64,000 nucleotides of DNA from Bacteroidales bacterium UBA3653 (GCA_002373505.1 DFKE01000016.1:21472-85471), one strand, 5' to 3'. Positions 41,266 to 50,423 are shown, numbered from the stretch's first letter. Numbers and translations are program-made. The notes: generated from the sequence alone by a model not told the origin.

Positions 41266-43611
41266 TTATTCGAGGCGTGCACCGGTAAGAGAGTAAACTT
41301 CGTTTCCAACGAGGATGACCATTTGTCCGTTTCGGATTGCCTTGACGGCAGTCGGTTGTTCCGCCTCGGTGTGTTCAATCGCCGTTTGACCACCGTTGCA
41401 GGAAGTGGTGTAGTTGCTGTATCCTACTCCCGAGCCTTCCCAGACGAAGGTAATCTTGTCCATATACAGCGCCCCATTGTTCGAGCGGACACCCACGAAG
41501 GTGTAGTCCCCCGTGATTGCCAGTTCGGTAGCCGTGCCGCTTGCGATAGAGCCTAATTTGGTTCCTCTTCCCGAAGCGTCATAGAGGTCGGAAGGATCGG
41601 TATAAGCACTGTTCTTGCCGTATATATCCAGCGAGCGGTCGGAAGTGTTGCTATTCCATACCACTTGCACTTTCGCCAGTTTGCCGCCGGAAGCGGTAGT
41701 GACGATACCTGAATTGCTATTCTTGGAGCGTAGCTGTATGGCGTCATTGCCTCCTGCGCTCTGTCCGGCATAGACGGCATCCGATGTGGCTGTTACACCG
41801 CTCCACGAAGCATAGTTCGTTCCTGAAACGCCTGTGGACGAAAGCGTCAGTTCGTCGCTTATTTCCACCGTTGCTTCGCCGGTTTGGGTTGCAAAGACTG
41901 CGTAGAAAGTAGCAGGTTCAGCGATAGCGTCTCCGGCATTGACGAGCGTCGGAGCGGTAGTAGCGGAGCTGTAGTTCTCCGCGGCAGTCCAGCCGACGAA
42001 GACCGTTCCTTCGCATGCCTCGGGTTCGTTAGTCGGCAGTACTATTTTTCCTGTGCTTGTCGTCGTAGCGAAATCCGCTCCGTTGGCCATGAAGGTGAGC
42101 GTGAACGGATCTACGACAGGCGTGGGTTCCTCGATATAGGTGAGGGTCACGATCTGATTACTCTCCTTGATATTCAAGAGCGGTTTGCCGCTAACGCCCG
42201 TCCAAGAAGTCTTCTTACCGGTTCCAGGGAAGGGATTCTTCGGGCAGTTGTCGGTCGAGCCATCCCAACCAATAGCTGTTCCGGTAGCGGAAACAACGGT
42301 ATAGAGTGGAGCTCCGCTGGTTTCTGAGTTATTCGGCGCGTTATTTTCCCAAGCGGATTCATTGAAATTGATTTTCCAGATGAGCATGCCGTGTCCCGTG
42401 AGCGGTGCATCCCAACCCACAGCCTGACGGTTTTCGATATAATAGCGCAGACCGGAAGTGGTCGGACTAACATACGTGCCGGAAGCATTGATCTGATAAG
42501 TCTGATAGTTCTCCGTGCCGTTGGCATAGAGCGTTACATTCTGCCCTTCATTACCCAAGTTAATCGGTGTTAACCAACCGAAGAAATCTTTCTCCCACGG
42601 ATCGTAGTTAGGCGGGCAGTGACCATCGGCATTGTAGGAACCGCCATCCATGATATTCCAGTCGTTCGGCGTAAGACAATTATCATAAACCGTTCCATAA
42701 TCTGTATCGTACAGATCCGGCAGACCCATTACGTGACCGAACTCATGGCAAAGCGTTCCGATACCACCGAGCGAACTACCGGATATCTCACCGGACATAG
42801 CATAGTTATCGAGTTTTTTACCGCCTACTTTGCACTGTGCTTCGGTATAGGTGCAATTTCCGTAATAACGCGCGGATTCAACAGACCAGTTGTGGGGCCA
42901 GATGGTCTCTGACGAGCCACCATCCGCTTGTCCTTTACCGGCATAGATGACATAGACGAAATCGACATAGCCATCTGAATCGGAGTCATAGTCCGCCCAG
43001 TTGATGGTAAACTGCTCGTTAGCGAGGATACAAGCCTCTACGACAGCGTCGGTAGCATGTTGGTCATCACCCTCTTTAGCGCCGTCCGTTCCATAATAGG
43101 CCACGTTGCGGCTAAGGGTCACTGGTCCGAAGACATCAAACTGCGGACGATAGCTACCATTGGACTGATCCGCAAAATACTGACCTGCAGAAGGATAACC
43201 GCTATTCACGGTACAATTGGTCGAGTTACAAAGCTCATCAAAGGTAGCTTGCGTATGACCGGATTGCATCGATTTATTGGAGAAATTTGCCAGAATGACA
43301 ACTCCTTTCGGAGCAAGGTTCGGCGTAACGCCTACTTCTTTGCGTTGACGTCGAGCAACGGCTTTTGCTCGACGTGCTTTGGCAACTGCCTCTGTCGGTG
43401 CTTCTCCTACCTCCACATACATGCCGTTGACCTCGCGGACCTGTTTGCCCTCGCGATTAATCATGTAATGGTAGAACTCGTCTCCAAATTGTTGAATCTC
43501 GATGGTCGTACCATCTGCTTGTGTGCGCGTTTGCCATCCTCGGCGCGCGGGTACTGCGCTTGCTGTCACAGCAAGAACGCATAAGAAAAGAAATGATAAA
43601 ATCTTCTTCAT
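41266..43611 (-). CDS. M6-family (immune-inhibitor-A-like) zinc metalloprotease with T9SS-like C-terminal tail
   Basis: 781-aa ORF with a signal peptide. HEFGH at 42733..42747 followed by GLPDLYD. C-terminus is RNGQMVILVGNEVYSLTGARLE. Confidence 0.8.
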   Translation of the reverse strand: MKKILSFLFLCVLAVTASAVPARRGWQTRTQADGTTIEIQQFGDEFYHYMINREGKQVREVNGMYVEVGEAPTEAVAKARRAKAVARRQRKEVGVTPNLAPKGVVILANFSNKSMQSGHTQATFDELCNSTNCTVNSGYPSAGQYFADQSNGSYRPQFDVFGPVTLSRNVAYYGTDGAKEGDDQHATDAVVEACILANEQFTINWADYDSDSDGYVDFVYVIYAGKGQADGGSSETIWPHNWSVESARYYGNCTYTEAQCKVGGKKLDNYAMSGEISGSSLGGIGTLCHEFGHVMGLPDLYDTDYGTVYDNCLTPNDWNIMDGGSYNADGHCPPNYDPWEKDFFGWLTPINLGNEGQNVTLYANGTENYQTYQINASGTYVSPTTSGLRYYIENRQAVGWDAPLTGHGMLIWKINFNESAWENNAPNNSETSGAPLYTVVSATGTAIGWDGSTDNCPKNPFPGTGKKTSWTGVSGKPLLNIKESNQIVTLTYIEEPTPVVDPFTLTFMANGADFATTTSTGKIVLPTNEPEACEGTVFVGWTAAENYSSATTAPTLVNAGDAIAEPATFYAVFATQTGEATVEISDELTLSSTGVSGTNYASWSGVTATSDAVYAGQSAGGNDAIQLRSKNSNSGIVTTASGGKLAKVQVVWNSNTSDRSLDIYGKNSAYTDPSDLYDASGRGTKLGSIASGTATELAITGDYTFVGVRSNNGALYMDKITFVWEGSGVGYSNYTTSCNGGQTAIEHTEAEQPTAVKAIRNGQMVILVGNEVYSLTGARLE

Positions 43612-43650
43612 GATATGAATATATAATGTTTTATTTTACGAATTAGCGTG

Positions 43651-43682
43651 CAAAGGTACGGCTTTTTTTTCAGATACACAAA
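43651..43682 (-). promoter_or_regulatory. Bacteroidota-type promoter for the M6-protease/PqqD operon (TTTG / TACCTTTG)
   Basis: The reverse complement reads TTTGtgtatctgaaaaaaaagccgTACCTTTG with a 20-nt spacer. Confidence 0.65.
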
Positions 43683-43721
43683 TAAAATTGCAATTTTTAA
43701 GAAAATAAACATAGATAAACC

Positions 43722-43843
43722 CTTTTAAATGCTTTAAAGCTGCGCTTTCTGTGTACTTTGGAGCTATAAACTCCTTGTAAGCAAGTTTCCAGAGAGTTTC
43801 TATCTCCAAAGCCCACGCCCTAGGGGGTTAAAGCATTTAAAAG
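43722..43843. repeat. 122-nt rod-like inverted-repeat element (MITE-like candidate)
   Basis: A perfect 16-bp terminal IR pairs cttttaaatgctttaa (43722..43737) with ttaaagcatttaaaag (43828..43843). Nested pairs are ctttggag/ctccaaag (43756..63 / 43804..11) and aaactc/gagttt (43768..73 / 43794..99). Confidence 0.75.
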
Positions 43844-43949
43844 CAATAAACATAAATAAAATTTCTTGTCCTATTTATTGGATTTAGCGGAGTATATATG
43901 TGTAAAAATTGACAGATTTTGCAGAAAAAGTCGTTTTATACCTATTTTA

Positions 43950-43981
43950 TTTGCGTATATGCGCGAAAAGTGTTATTTTTG
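43950..43981 (+). promoter_or_regulatory. Bacteroidota-type promoter for the 815-aa gene (TTTG / TATTTTTG)
   Basis: TTTGcgtatatgcgcgaaaagtgtTATTTTTG with a 20-nt spacer. Confidence 0.6.
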
Positions 43982-44061
43982 CAGTCGATTTTGTAAGATA
44001 TAGTTGTCAAAACACTATAAAAACCCAATTATTCATTTAACTTAAAAACATTAAAACACAA

Positions 44062-46509
44062 ATGAAAAAACTTTTCACATTAGCCGCTGCCGTATTGGCA
44101 AGCATGGCAATGAATGCGGATGTAATTTTTGGTCCGTTTACCTTGACGGCAGACAACAATGTCAAGGACCAAGTAACTACTGTGGATGGCGGTAACGTCA
44201 CAGTTACGACTGCTTTCGCAACCAGTGGCAGTAACGAAGTAACCGTCAATGAGCAGACATTCTACAAGTTCAACTCATCTTCTGCAATCACATGTGCACT
44301 TGCCGATGCAGCCACTTTTGAGGAAGGAGATTCCATCGTAATTTTGACAGCATCTCATGCTAGCAGCAAAAAGACCACCGGTGTCAAGCTGAACAACTCT
44401 ATTGAAGTTACCGGTGAGATTCCGGGCGGCGAAGCGATTGAAGTCTATTACATTGTACAAGCCGAAGACGGCATTGCAGGTACAAATAGTTTTACCGTAA
44501 ACCGTTATAACAGCGACTCGAAATTCGGTACGATTACCGTTTATCGTCCAGGCGAAGTAATTCCTTCGACCGATCCTGTAGCATCTGTTACAGTTGACGG
44601 TCCGGCAAACGGCGCTATCGGTTTCGAGGCTACCTTCACCGCTAATACGGATGTAAAGGCCGATGCATACAAATGGTATGTAGATGGTGCAGAACAAGAG
44701 GGTGCTACCGCAAAGACGTTTGCTTTCACTCCGACCGCAGAGCGCACTTATCGCATCATGGCAGCAGCCAAGAATGAGTACAATGCTGATTTCGTACAGA
44801 GTGCAGGTGTTGATTTCGTAGTAACCAAACTCTGCGGCGAGTTAATCAAGGCTACCCACGTCAACAAGAACACAGCAACCGTTACCGGCGTAGTAGGCGG
44901 TACGGCAGACAAGAACACGCAGGACGGCGGTAAATTAGGTTCCAACGGTCACTATTTCGGTGTCAAGTTGGCTTCGGGTTCGTTCATGGCAGGCGATGTA
45001 GTAACTATCGTTGCTTCCTTACTCAACGGCGGTAATACCGCTACTATCTATTCCGACAAGGGCGAGAACCTGTTGGGTAGTGTAGATTTTGACGCAGAGA
45101 CCCTGACCGCCACCTATACACTGACCACTTCGGCCGAAGCAATCTATGTATATCGTACTTCTTCTGCTTGCAATCCGAATATCGAGAGCATTTCCGTTAC
45201 CCGTTCTTGCGAAGCAAGCAGCAATGCGGAGCTGGCAAAACTGACCGTTAACGGTGTTGAGGTAGAGCCGGAAGAAGGTGGTCTGCTGTATGTTTATACC
45301 TTGAGCGCTTCCTATACAGAGCCGACCGTAACTATCGCACTCACCTTAGCTCATCCGTTGGCTACCATCAAATATGATTTGAGCAACCCGTATGAGATGG
45401 AGACTCCCGAGGCGGGCAGCAACAAAGGACAAGCTTTCACTATTATCGCTGAGGATGGCACAGAGAAGACCTATACCGTTCGGATTTACAAATCCAATAC
45501 GCTGAACGATGACTGGACTTTAAGTGCTCTGTCCGTTGATGGTTTTGAGTTGAGTCCGGCATTTGAGAATCCGTACGTTGTGATGTACACGATTACCAAG
45601 CCATACGGAACTCCGGATCCGGAATTGAGTGCTCTTCATTACACGTTGAATGACCCGAACGCTACCGCAGAGGCTTCTATGCCTGATGGGCAACATCAGT
45701 ACTTGATTGCTTGTACCGCAGAGAATGGCACCAGCACGAACAATTATGTGATTGACATCATTGAAGCTCCTGCAAAGAAAGACTTGTTAGAGGTTAGCTT
45801 CAGCAACGGTGTTAATGGTTATATTGCAGCCGGTGAGATCAATGTTCCTTACTTGGCAGGCAAAACAGAGCCGAGTTTCGTAGAGGCTAAGTTCTGGAAT
45901 GCAGACGGCGAGCCGAGTGCAGAGATCGTTGAGGGCAAACTCGTTGTAACCGGAGCAGACAGTCAAACGGCTGAATATACCATCAACTATATTCCTGTTA
46001 CCCCGATGGCGGTAGATAACCAAGAAGTTACGTTCGATGCAGTTCCTTCGTACATCTACTCTGTTTACGGATGGGATGCAAGCAAGGGTGTCAAGTTTAG
46101 CAAAGATGTAGAAGAAGCGGGCAACCATCGTATCTCCGAGGGTAAGGATCGTATCTATATCGCTCTGCCGGGTGCTAGAGAAGTTATTCTGACCAGCGGT
46201 AGCGGCGGCAAACGTCCTATCAAGGTGACCGTAAACGGTGTTGTGGACGAGTCCATTACCCAGACCGCGGCAAGTGGCGAGAGCATCACTATCGCCCTCT
46301 CCGAGGCTGTTGAAGGTAACTTCATCGGTATTGAGAGCAATGGTAACAACGGCGACGGAGGTTTCACTAACATCAAAGTGAACGGCTGGCCGACCGCTAT
46401 CGACAACACCGACGCAGCGGTTAAGGCTACCAAGCGCGTGATCAACGGCGTTCTCTTCATCGAGAAGAACGGCGTGCTCTACAACGCACAGGGCGCTATT
46501 GTTAAGTAA
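44062..46509 (+). CDS. secreted surface protein with Ig/cadherin-like beta-sandwich repeats and T9SS-like C-terminal tail
   Basis: 815-aa ORF with a signal peptide. NAELAKLTVNGVEV... cadherin-like segments. C-terminus is INGVLFIEKNGVLYNAQGAIVK. Confidence 0.75.
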   Translation: MKKLFTLAAAVLASMAMNADVIFGPFTLTADNNVKDQVTTVDGGNVTVTTAFATSGSNEVTVNEQTFYKFNSSSAITCALADAATFEEGDSIVILTASHASSKKTTGVKLNNSIEVTGEIPGGEAIEVYYIVQAEDGIAGTNSFTVNRYNSDSKFGTITVYRPGEVIPSTDPVASVTVDGPANGAIGFEATFTANTDVKADAYKWYVDGAEQEGATAKTFAFTPTAERTYRIMAAAKNEYNADFVQSAGVDFVVTKLCGELIKATHVNKNTATVTGVVGGTADKNTQDGGKLGSNGHYFGVKLASGSFMAGDVVTIVASLLNGGNTATIYSDKGENLLGSVDFDAETLTATYTLTTSAEAIYVYRTSSACNPNIESISVTRSCEASSNAELAKLTVNGVEVEPEEGGLLYVYTLSASYTEPTVTIALTLAHPLATIKYDLSNPYEMETPEAGSNKGQAFTIIAEDGTEKTYTVRIYKSNTLNDDWTLSALSVDGFELSPAFENPYVVMYTITKPYGTPDPELSALHYTLNDPNATAEASMPDGQHQYLIACTAENGTSTNNYVIDIIEAPAKKDLLEVSFSNGVNGYIAAGEINVPYLAGKTEPSFVEAKFWNADGEPSAEIVEGKLVVTGADSQTAEYTINYIPVTPMAVDNQEVTFDAVPSYIYSVYGWDASKGVKFSKDVEEAGNHRISEGKDRIYIALPGAREVILTSGSGGKRPIKVTVNGVVDESITQTAASGESITIALSEAVEGNFIGIESNGNNGDGGFTNIKVNGWPTAIDNTDAAVKATKRVINGVLFIEKNGVLYNAQGAIVK

Positions 46510-46511
46510 GA

Positions 46512-46549
46512 AAAACCACCCGACCCGACCCTTTAGGGAGGGAGGAATG
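46512..46549 (+). repeat. GC-hairpin element (family P), intergenic
   Basis: aaaccacccgacccgaccct-tta-gggagggaggaat. It sits directly upstream of the terminator. Confidence 0.8.
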
Positions 46550-46550
46550 A

Positions 46551-46580
46551 CAGCTCCGCACAATGCGGGGCTGTTTTTTT
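46551..46580 (+). terminator. intrinsic terminator after the 815-aa gene
   Basis: cagctccgca-caa-tgcggggctg (10-bp stem with one G-U pair) followed by ttttttt. Confidence 0.75.
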
Positions 46581-46630
46581 GTGCGGAACGCTCCCAAAAA
46601 AGACTCTATAGCCGTTCACCGGACACTCAA

Positions 46631-46664
46631 CCGTGCCCCCCCCTCGAAGGAGGGAGAAAAGGGG
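46631..46664 (+). repeat. GC-hairpin element (family P variant), intergenic
   Basis: ccgtgcccccccctc-gaa-ggagggagaaaagggg. Confidence 0.7.
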
Positions 46665-46701
46665 ATATCGTACCGCTGTGGTGCCGGTTTCGTTCCGGAC
46701 A

Positions 46702-46735
46702 TCCTGTGTTAATCCTGTGTTAATGCTGTGTTGGG
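46702..46735. repeat. 11-nt-period array CCTGTGTTAAT x3, about 65 nt upstream of a promoter
   Basis: tcctgtgttaatcctgtgttaatgctgtgttggg. Confidence 0.85.
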
Positions 46736-46802
46736 ATATTGAGAGAGGAGGACAGAGGAAAAGCAGGAAAAGGGCAAGGGAGGGACGAAAAAAGCACAAA
46801 GA

Positions 46803-46834
46803 TTTGCGTATATCAAAAAAAAGTTGTAAATTTG
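46803..46834 (+). promoter_or_regulatory. Bacteroidota-type promoter for the CE12-like gene (TTTG / TAAATTTG)
   Basis: TTTGcgtatatcaaaaaaaagttgTAAATTTG with a 20-nt spacer. Confidence 0.6.
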
Positions 46835-46933
46835 CACGCTTTTTGTATTCCAATACAAAATACGAGACCGGAACAGGATATAACAAAACATAAATAAAAT
46901 TATTCACAAAACCATTAAAAAACACAAGTCAAG

Positions 46934-48823
46934 GTGAAGAAAATTATATCTATTCTGATGACGGCGATGATCGGGCTGCCACTGGCGAACGGAGCCGTAA
47001 AAGTACACACTATCGGTGACAGTACGATGGCCGAGTACGACGAGAACACCACCGACAAGCGCGGCTGGGGAATGTATCTGGGTTCGTTCTTCGACCCGGC
47101 TTTTGTGACCGTGAACAACCGCGGCAAATCAGGCGCAGACACCCGCAGTTTCTACACCGGAGCCGCTTATTGGCCGAGCATGAAGAGCCAGATGAGCGCA
47201 GGGGATTACCTCATTATTCAGTTTGCACACAACGACGAGGGTACCGTTACCAACGGAATGGATAATTTAGAGTACGCTGAATATTGTCAGGCGAAGGGTT
47301 TGCCGGCTCCTACGGACACGCGCGGGACGAACCCGCAGACCACTTACCGTGATTTTCTGCGCCTGTTCATTGACGAGGCACGTGAGTTGGGCGTCAACCC
47401 GATTCTGGTAGGTCCGATATGCCGCAAGTATTTCAGCAACGGCAATATCCGGCGCAACGGTCAGCACGACTTGGGTGACAAATTCAGCAAAATAGAGAAC
47501 GGCGTTCTCTATGAGAACCAGAGCCTTCCTGCCAATGACTCGTCCATGAGTTACGTACATGCCATGCGCGAGGTGGCGAAAGAGAAGAACGTGCCGTTCC
47601 TGAACCTGACGGAAGCAACCCGTCAGATGTATCTAGAGTACGGCGAGGCACAATGCACGCAGCTGCTGTTCTGCAACGGCGACAACACGCACACGAATGC
47701 CATGGGCGGCAACCTGATTGCCCGCCAGGCAGCGCAGATGATGAAAGACGCAGGTATATTGGCTGAACATATCAATATTCCGACATCCATCACTGCCAAC
47801 CCGACATCGATAGAGATCGGCGAGACGTACAGCGGCGTAGCGCAGAACAAAGAGTTTTTGCTGACGGGATTCGGTCTGGAGCCCGCGAGCGGCACGGTAT
47901 CGCTTCATGCGACAGGCGCGCTGACGATCTCGACAGACAAAGAGAACTATGACAAGACCGCTTCCGTGGATTACGCCGGAAGCACCTTGTTCCAAAAGAT
48001 CTACGTGCGCGCTATCTATGAGAACGCAGGCGAGAACAAAGACTCTGTCGTAGTTACTTTCGGCGAGAACAGTGTGTCCGTCCCCGTGACAGCAAGCGTC
48101 ATCTCTCTGGAAGGCGGCAGCGCCGTAAGCGCAACCTGGACGGTGAACGCCAAACCGATGCCGGAACCGGAAATAACAGGCCCGATCAGCGCAGCGTTCA
48201 CGATGAACAACATGGCGTATATCGATTATAACAGCAGTAGCAAGAATTATTTCACCGACGGCGAGGAGACCGGTCTGACCTTGGGACGTTTCCATAACTC
48301 CGCAGACGGGAGTAGCCGCACTCCTTGGCCCGCAGGCGAGATAGACGAGAACGCGAGCCGCTATCTGGATTTCGCCATCACCGCTCCTGCTGCCATGGAG
48401 GTCCGTATCACCAAAATCTCGATGGCTATTGGAGCCGACGGCACATCCACCATGTGTTACCATATCAACACCGGATTCGGCGACGGTTTCACCGGTGTGA
48501 AGACCATTGCCGAGAGACAACACATGGCCAACCGTGTAGTGGAGCACGCTGATATTACTCCCACCCTGACTATCCCCGCCGGGGAGACGCTGCACGTACG
48601 GATCCTGCCGTGGCATGACCTCGGAGAAGAGAAGGACAGCAAGTACATCTGTCTGCGCAGCGTGAAGATAGAGGGTCAGGCTTTCGAGCCGGGCGAAGAG
48701 GGAAACCTCTCCCCGACCCTCCCTTCAAGGGAGGGAGTAAAGATACTCCGGGACGGTGTGCTGCTGATTGAGCAGAACGGCGTGGTTTACAATGCGCAGG
48801 GCATGGTTTTAATACGAAAATAA
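46934..48823 (+). CDS. SGNH/CE12-like (rhamnogalacturonan acetylesterase-like) protein with C-terminal extension and T9SS-like tail
   Basis: 629-aa ORF with GTG start. KVHTIGDSTM (GDS block), GKSGADTRSF, DNTHTN. C-terminus is LRDGVLLIEQNGVVYNAQGMVLIRK. Confidence 0.7.
   Translation: MKKIISILMTAMIGLPLANGAVKVHTIGDSTMAEYDENTTDKRGWGMYLGSFFDPAFVTVNNRGKSGADTRSFYTGAAYWPSMKSQMSAGDYLIIQFAHNDEGTVTNGMDNLEYAEYCQAKGLPAPTDTRGTNPQTTYRDFLRLFIDEARELGVNPILVGPICRKYFSNGNIRRNGQHDLGDKFSKIENGVLYENQSLPANDSSMSYVHAMREVAKEKNVPFLNLTEATRQMYLEYGEAQCTQLLFCNGDNTHTNAMGGNLIARQAAQMMKDAGILAEHINIPTSITANPTSIEIGETYSGVAQNKEFLLTGFGLEPASGTVSLHATGALTISTDKENYDKTASVDYAGSTLFQKIYVRAIYENAGENKDSVVVTFGENSVSVPVTASVISLEGGSAVSATWTVNAKPMPEPEITGPISAAFTMNNMAYIDYNSSSKNYFTDGEETGLTLGRFHNSADGSSRTPWPAGEIDENASRYLDFAITAPAAMEVRITKISMAIGADGTSTMCYHINTGFGDGFTGVKTIAERQHMANRVVEHADITPTLTIPAGETLHVRILPWHDLGEEKDSKYICLRSVKIEGQAFEPGEEGNLSPTLPSREGVKILRDGVLLIEQNGVVYNAQGMVLIRK
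48704..48742 (+). repeat. GC-hairpin element (family P, 39 nt), in-frame in the CE12-like gene
   Basis: aacctctccccgaccctccc-ttcaa-gggagggagtaaag encodes NLSPTLPSREGVK, immediately before the C-terminal tail. Confidence 0.9.
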
Positions 48824-48876
48824 ACATAGATAAACAAAAATAAAATTTATCGCCGGGAGTGGAAAGACATTAAACG

Positions 48877-49614
48877 ATGCGAATATTACAACATATAGGA
48901 GAGTATTTTCTGCTGATGGGTCGGGTATTGCGAATGCCCGACCGCCAGCGGATGTTCTGGCGTCAATACAGCAGAGAACTGGAGAAACAAGGTCTCCAGT
49001 CCCTGCCGATCGTGCTGATCATTTCCGTATTTATCGGAGCCATCCTGACTATTCAGGCGAAGACGAACACGGAGAACCCGCTTCTGCCGACCTATACGGT
49101 AGGTCTGCTAACGAGGGAGACGCTGCTGCTGGAGTTCTCAAGCACGATCCTGTGTCTCATTCTGGCAGGCAAAGTGGGGTCCAACATCGCTTCGGAGATA
49201 GGCACGATGCGTATCACGGAACAGATTGACGCAATGGAGATTATGGGTGTGAACAGCGCCAACTATCTGATTCTGCCGAAGATCCTGGCGTTCGTGACGA
49301 TGATGCCGATGCTGGTGATCATCTCGACGGCTGTCGGTCTGGTAGGAGGCTGGGCGGTAGGTGCATTCACGGACATCATCACCGTACACGACTACCTCAT
49401 CGGCGTGCAGTACGCGTTCAATCCATACTACGTATGGTACGGCATCATCAAGAGTCTGGTGTTCGCGTTCGTGATCACGAGCATGAGCAGTTATTACGGA
49501 TACAACGTACGCGGCGGCGCGCTGGATGTAGGACGCGCAAGCACGAATGCCGTTGTGAACAGCAATATAATGATCCTTTTCCTCGACCTCGTTTTAAGTA
49601 AATTGCTGCTATGA
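48877..49614 (+). CDS. mlaE: MlaE-family ABC transporter permease
   Basis: 245-aa polytopic ORF with MRITEQIDAMEIMGVN conserved block. Confidence 0.8.
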   Translation: MRILQHIGEYFLLMGRVLRMPDRQRMFWRQYSRELEKQGLQSLPIVLIISVFIGAILTIQAKTNTENPLLPTYTVGLLTRETLLLEFSSTILCLILAGKVGSNIASEIGTMRITEQIDAMEIMGVNSANYLILPKILAFVTMMPMLVIISTAVGLVGGWAVGAFTDIITVHDYLIGVQYAFNPYYVWYGIIKSLVFAFVITSMSSYYGYNVRGGALDVGRASTNAVVNSNIMILFLDLVLSKLLL

Positions 49615-50363
49615 TTGAAGTAAAAGATGTAGTCAAGAGTTTTGACGGGAATGTGGTGCTGAACCACGTGAGTACCGAGATGCGGGACGGCGAGGTGAAC
49701 ATGATCATCGGCCAGTCCGGTTCCGGCAAGACCGTGCTGATGAAAAGCATGATCGGTCTGCATGCCGTGGACAGCGGACAGATATTGTATGACGGCCGCG
49801 ATCTGGCGGAGATGCGGAGCAAAGATATCCGGATGCTTCACCGCGAGGTAGGAATGCTGTTCCAAGGCAGCGCGCTGTTCGACTCCATGACGGTGATGGA
49901 GAATGTGCTGTTTCCGATGGAGATGTTCTCTCATAAGAGCCGCGAAGAGATGCGTGAACGTGCAGAGTTCTGTTTGCGGCGTGTAGAGATGCCGGAACGG
50001 GTATGGAACTTAATGCCGAGCGAGATCAGTGGCGGTCAGCAGAAACGTGTAGCTATTGCCCGCGCGATCGTTTTGGAGCCGAAATATCTGTTCTGCGACG
50101 AGCCGAACTCGGGTTTGGATCCGAAGACGAGTCTGGTGATTGATGCCTTGATTCAGGATATCACGCGGGAATATAATATCTGCACGATCGTCAACAGCCA
50201 TGACATGAACTCGATTATGGAGATAGGCGACAATATCGTGTTCCTCAAAGGCGGCAAGAAAGAATGGCAGGGCAGCCGACATGAGATCATGAATAGCAAC
50301 AACGAAGCGCTGAATGATTTCGTTTTTGCAAGCGAGTTGTTTAAGAAGATAAAAAACAAATAA
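49611..50363 (+). CDS. mlaF: MlaF-type ABC transporter ATP-binding protein
   Basis: 250-aa ORF with GQSGSGKT, ISGGQQKRVAIARA and LFCDEPNSGLDP. Confidence 0.85.
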   Translation: MIEVKDVVKSFDGNVVLNHVSTEMRDGEVNMIIGQSGSGKTVLMKSMIGLHAVDSGQILYDGRDLAEMRSKDIRMLHREVGMLFQGSALFDSMTVMENVLFPMEMFSHKSREEMRERAEFCLRRVEMPERVWNLMPSEISGGQQKRVAIARAIVLEPKYLFCDEPNSGLDPKTSLVIDALIQDITREYNICTIVNSHDMNSIMEIGDNIVFLKGGKKEWQGSRHEIMNSNNEALNDFVFASELFKKIKNK

Positions 50364-50401
50364 CCCCTCCCCGACCCTCCCCTCAAGGGAGGGAGATAAA
50401 G
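50363..50401 (+). repeat. GC-hairpin element (family P, 39 nt), intergenic after mlaF
   Basis: acccctccccgaccctccc-ctcaa-gggagggagataaag. It starts on the last base of the TAA stop. Confidence 0.9.
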
Positions 50402-50423
50402 AGATAAATAAAACAATTATATT

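Noticed and set aside
43722-43843. Invertible promoter (phase-variation switch) between the divergent M6 and 815-aa genes.
   Set aside because: The segment between the 16-bp inverted repeats contains no TTTG/TAnnTTTG promoter, and no site-specific recombinase gene is nearby. A MITE or structured RNA is the better reading, though inversion cannot be fully excluded without read data.
46499-46925. Several 60-130-aa ORFs on both strands between the 815-aa gene and the CE12-like gene.
   Set aside because: The region consists of two GC-hairpin elements, a terminator, an 11-mer array, a purine-rich tract and a promoter. The ORFs are translations of those repeats (PPLEGGRKG-type peptides).
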